Made by a program: the position numbers and the translations under genes
Source: an uncultured Gammaproteobacteria bacterium
GTDB taxonomy: Bacteria; Patescibacteriota; Patescibacteriia; Magasanikbacterales; GWA2-37-8
Reading direction: 5' to 3'
NCBI GenBank assembly: GCA_964510885.1
Contig: CAZEDL010000001.1
Location: 212,663 to 276,662, forward strand
DNA: 64,000 nt
Part shown: one piece after another, positions 63,398-64,000 of the stretch
Layout of the letters: each line of letters begins with the position of its first letter
How positions within the stretch are numbered: position 1 is the first letter of the stretch
The notes under the pieces: generated by a model
Seen by the model: the letters and a program-made list of their open reading frames with translations, nothing else
Told to the model about the DNA's origin: nothing
Databases searched by the model: none

Positions 63398-64000
63398 TGC
63401 CTTTTTCCGTTAACCTGCTCGAACAAGCGCTGATGTTCATGATCGGAGCCACTGTATTGTCGGCTCTTTTGGCACCACTCTTAACCAAACTTTTATATCA
63501 TTTTAAGATTACTCGGCGCAGTGAATTTGATTTCACCTTGAGCGGCGCGCGAGCGGCCAAGGCCGGCACCCCGACTATGGGGGGCATATTGGTCATAGTC
63601 ACGGTTATTATTATCACCGTCTTATTTAATTGGGAACGTAGATACACCTATGTGCCGATTGGGGCTATGGGTATTGCCGCCCTTCTTGGTGCAGCTGATG
63701 ACCTGTTAAATATCTTTGGGGCAACACGGCGAATCAGGAATTTGAAGCACACACTGACTCTGATGCGCGTGCATAAACACTGGTATACCCGCGCCTGGCA
63801 TGCGCTCACGGTGCCATGGGCTGCATTCCGTCATTTCGTCCAGGTGCTTGGTTCAAAAAATCCAGGGCGGGGTCTGCAGGTACACGAAAAATTGCTCTTA
63901 CAATTTTTGGCTGGGGCGGTAACTGCGTGGTGGGTATATTTTAAACTAGGAGAAAGCTGGCACACGCTGTGGGTGCCGTTTGTTGGCGAATGGGCTATTG
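63394..64000 (+). CDS. mraY: Phospho-N-acetylmuramoyl-pentapeptide transferase (partial, continues past window)
   Basis: KAGTPTMGG motif; ATG overlaps previous stop (ATGA). Confidence 0.8.
   Translation, partial: MMPFSVNLLEQALMFMIGATVLSALLAPLLTKLLYHFKITRRSEFDFTLSGARAAKAGTPTMGGILVIVTVIIITVLFNWERRYTYVPIGAMGIAALLGAADDLLNIFGATRRIRNLKHTLTLMRVHKHWYTRAWHALTVPWAAFRHFVQVLGSKNPGRGLQVHEKLLLQFLAGAVTAWWVYFKLGESWHTLWVPFVGEWAI

Overview
This 64-kb window comes from a moderate-GC (~45% by eye, not computed) bacterium whose compact gene set looks Patescibacteria/CPR-like; that placement is inference only. No rRNA genes or CRISPR arrays were seen; two tRNAs were found, Ser-GGA and Glu-CUC. Most genes are housekeeping, some with their control sites visible:
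- An hrcA-grpE-hsp20 heat-shock operon behind a CIRCE operator and a sigma70-like promoter.
- yidC, an ABC-F ATPase, gatCA, tsaE, rarA, ribB, gpsA, lgt and a cardiolipin synthase-like gene.
- A cell-wall set: murF, a PBP2/FtsI transpeptidase, murB and a partial mraY.
- typA/bipA, hpf, and a SUF Fe-S locus (sufB, then sufS-sufU-sufC-sufT plus two ferredoxins).
- An efflux neighbourhood: a periplasmic adaptor plus RND pump, facing a MarR-regulated heterodimeric ABC exporter pair.

Accessory or unusual content:
1. A ~6.7-kb integrative element sits at the 3' end of tRNA-Glu. It is bounded by a 24-bp direct repeat, carries a tyrosine integrase and an excisionase-like gene, and has about eight uncharacterised cargo ORFs. 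A third, partial repeat copy lies ~160 bp outside the left end.
2. Three short high-GC islets lie in otherwise AT-richer DNA. Each encodes a secreted or membrane-anchored protein with no recognisable domain.
3. A strongly expressed small secreted cysteine-rich peptide gene (C-X5-C-X5-C-X5-C) lies directly upstream of the adaptor-RND pair.
4. A 39-aa hydrophobic mini-ORF is flanked by hairpins and a terminator, in a type-I-toxin-like arrangement.
5. A REP-like palindrome family occurs at three loci, with conserved stems and variable loops. A ~27-nt motif is shared upstream of bipA and hpf, and one copy of it forms the left arm of a ~230-bp MITE-like unit.
6. A tandem-LOG fusion protein has a degenerate catalytic motif in its second half.
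7. An ATP-grasp gene and a Cys/His-containing gene are wedged between murB and mraY.
8. A 2.3-kb AT-rich three-gene insertion splits the suf locus.

Functional calls rest on motifs I recognised in the supplied translations; no database search was possible.
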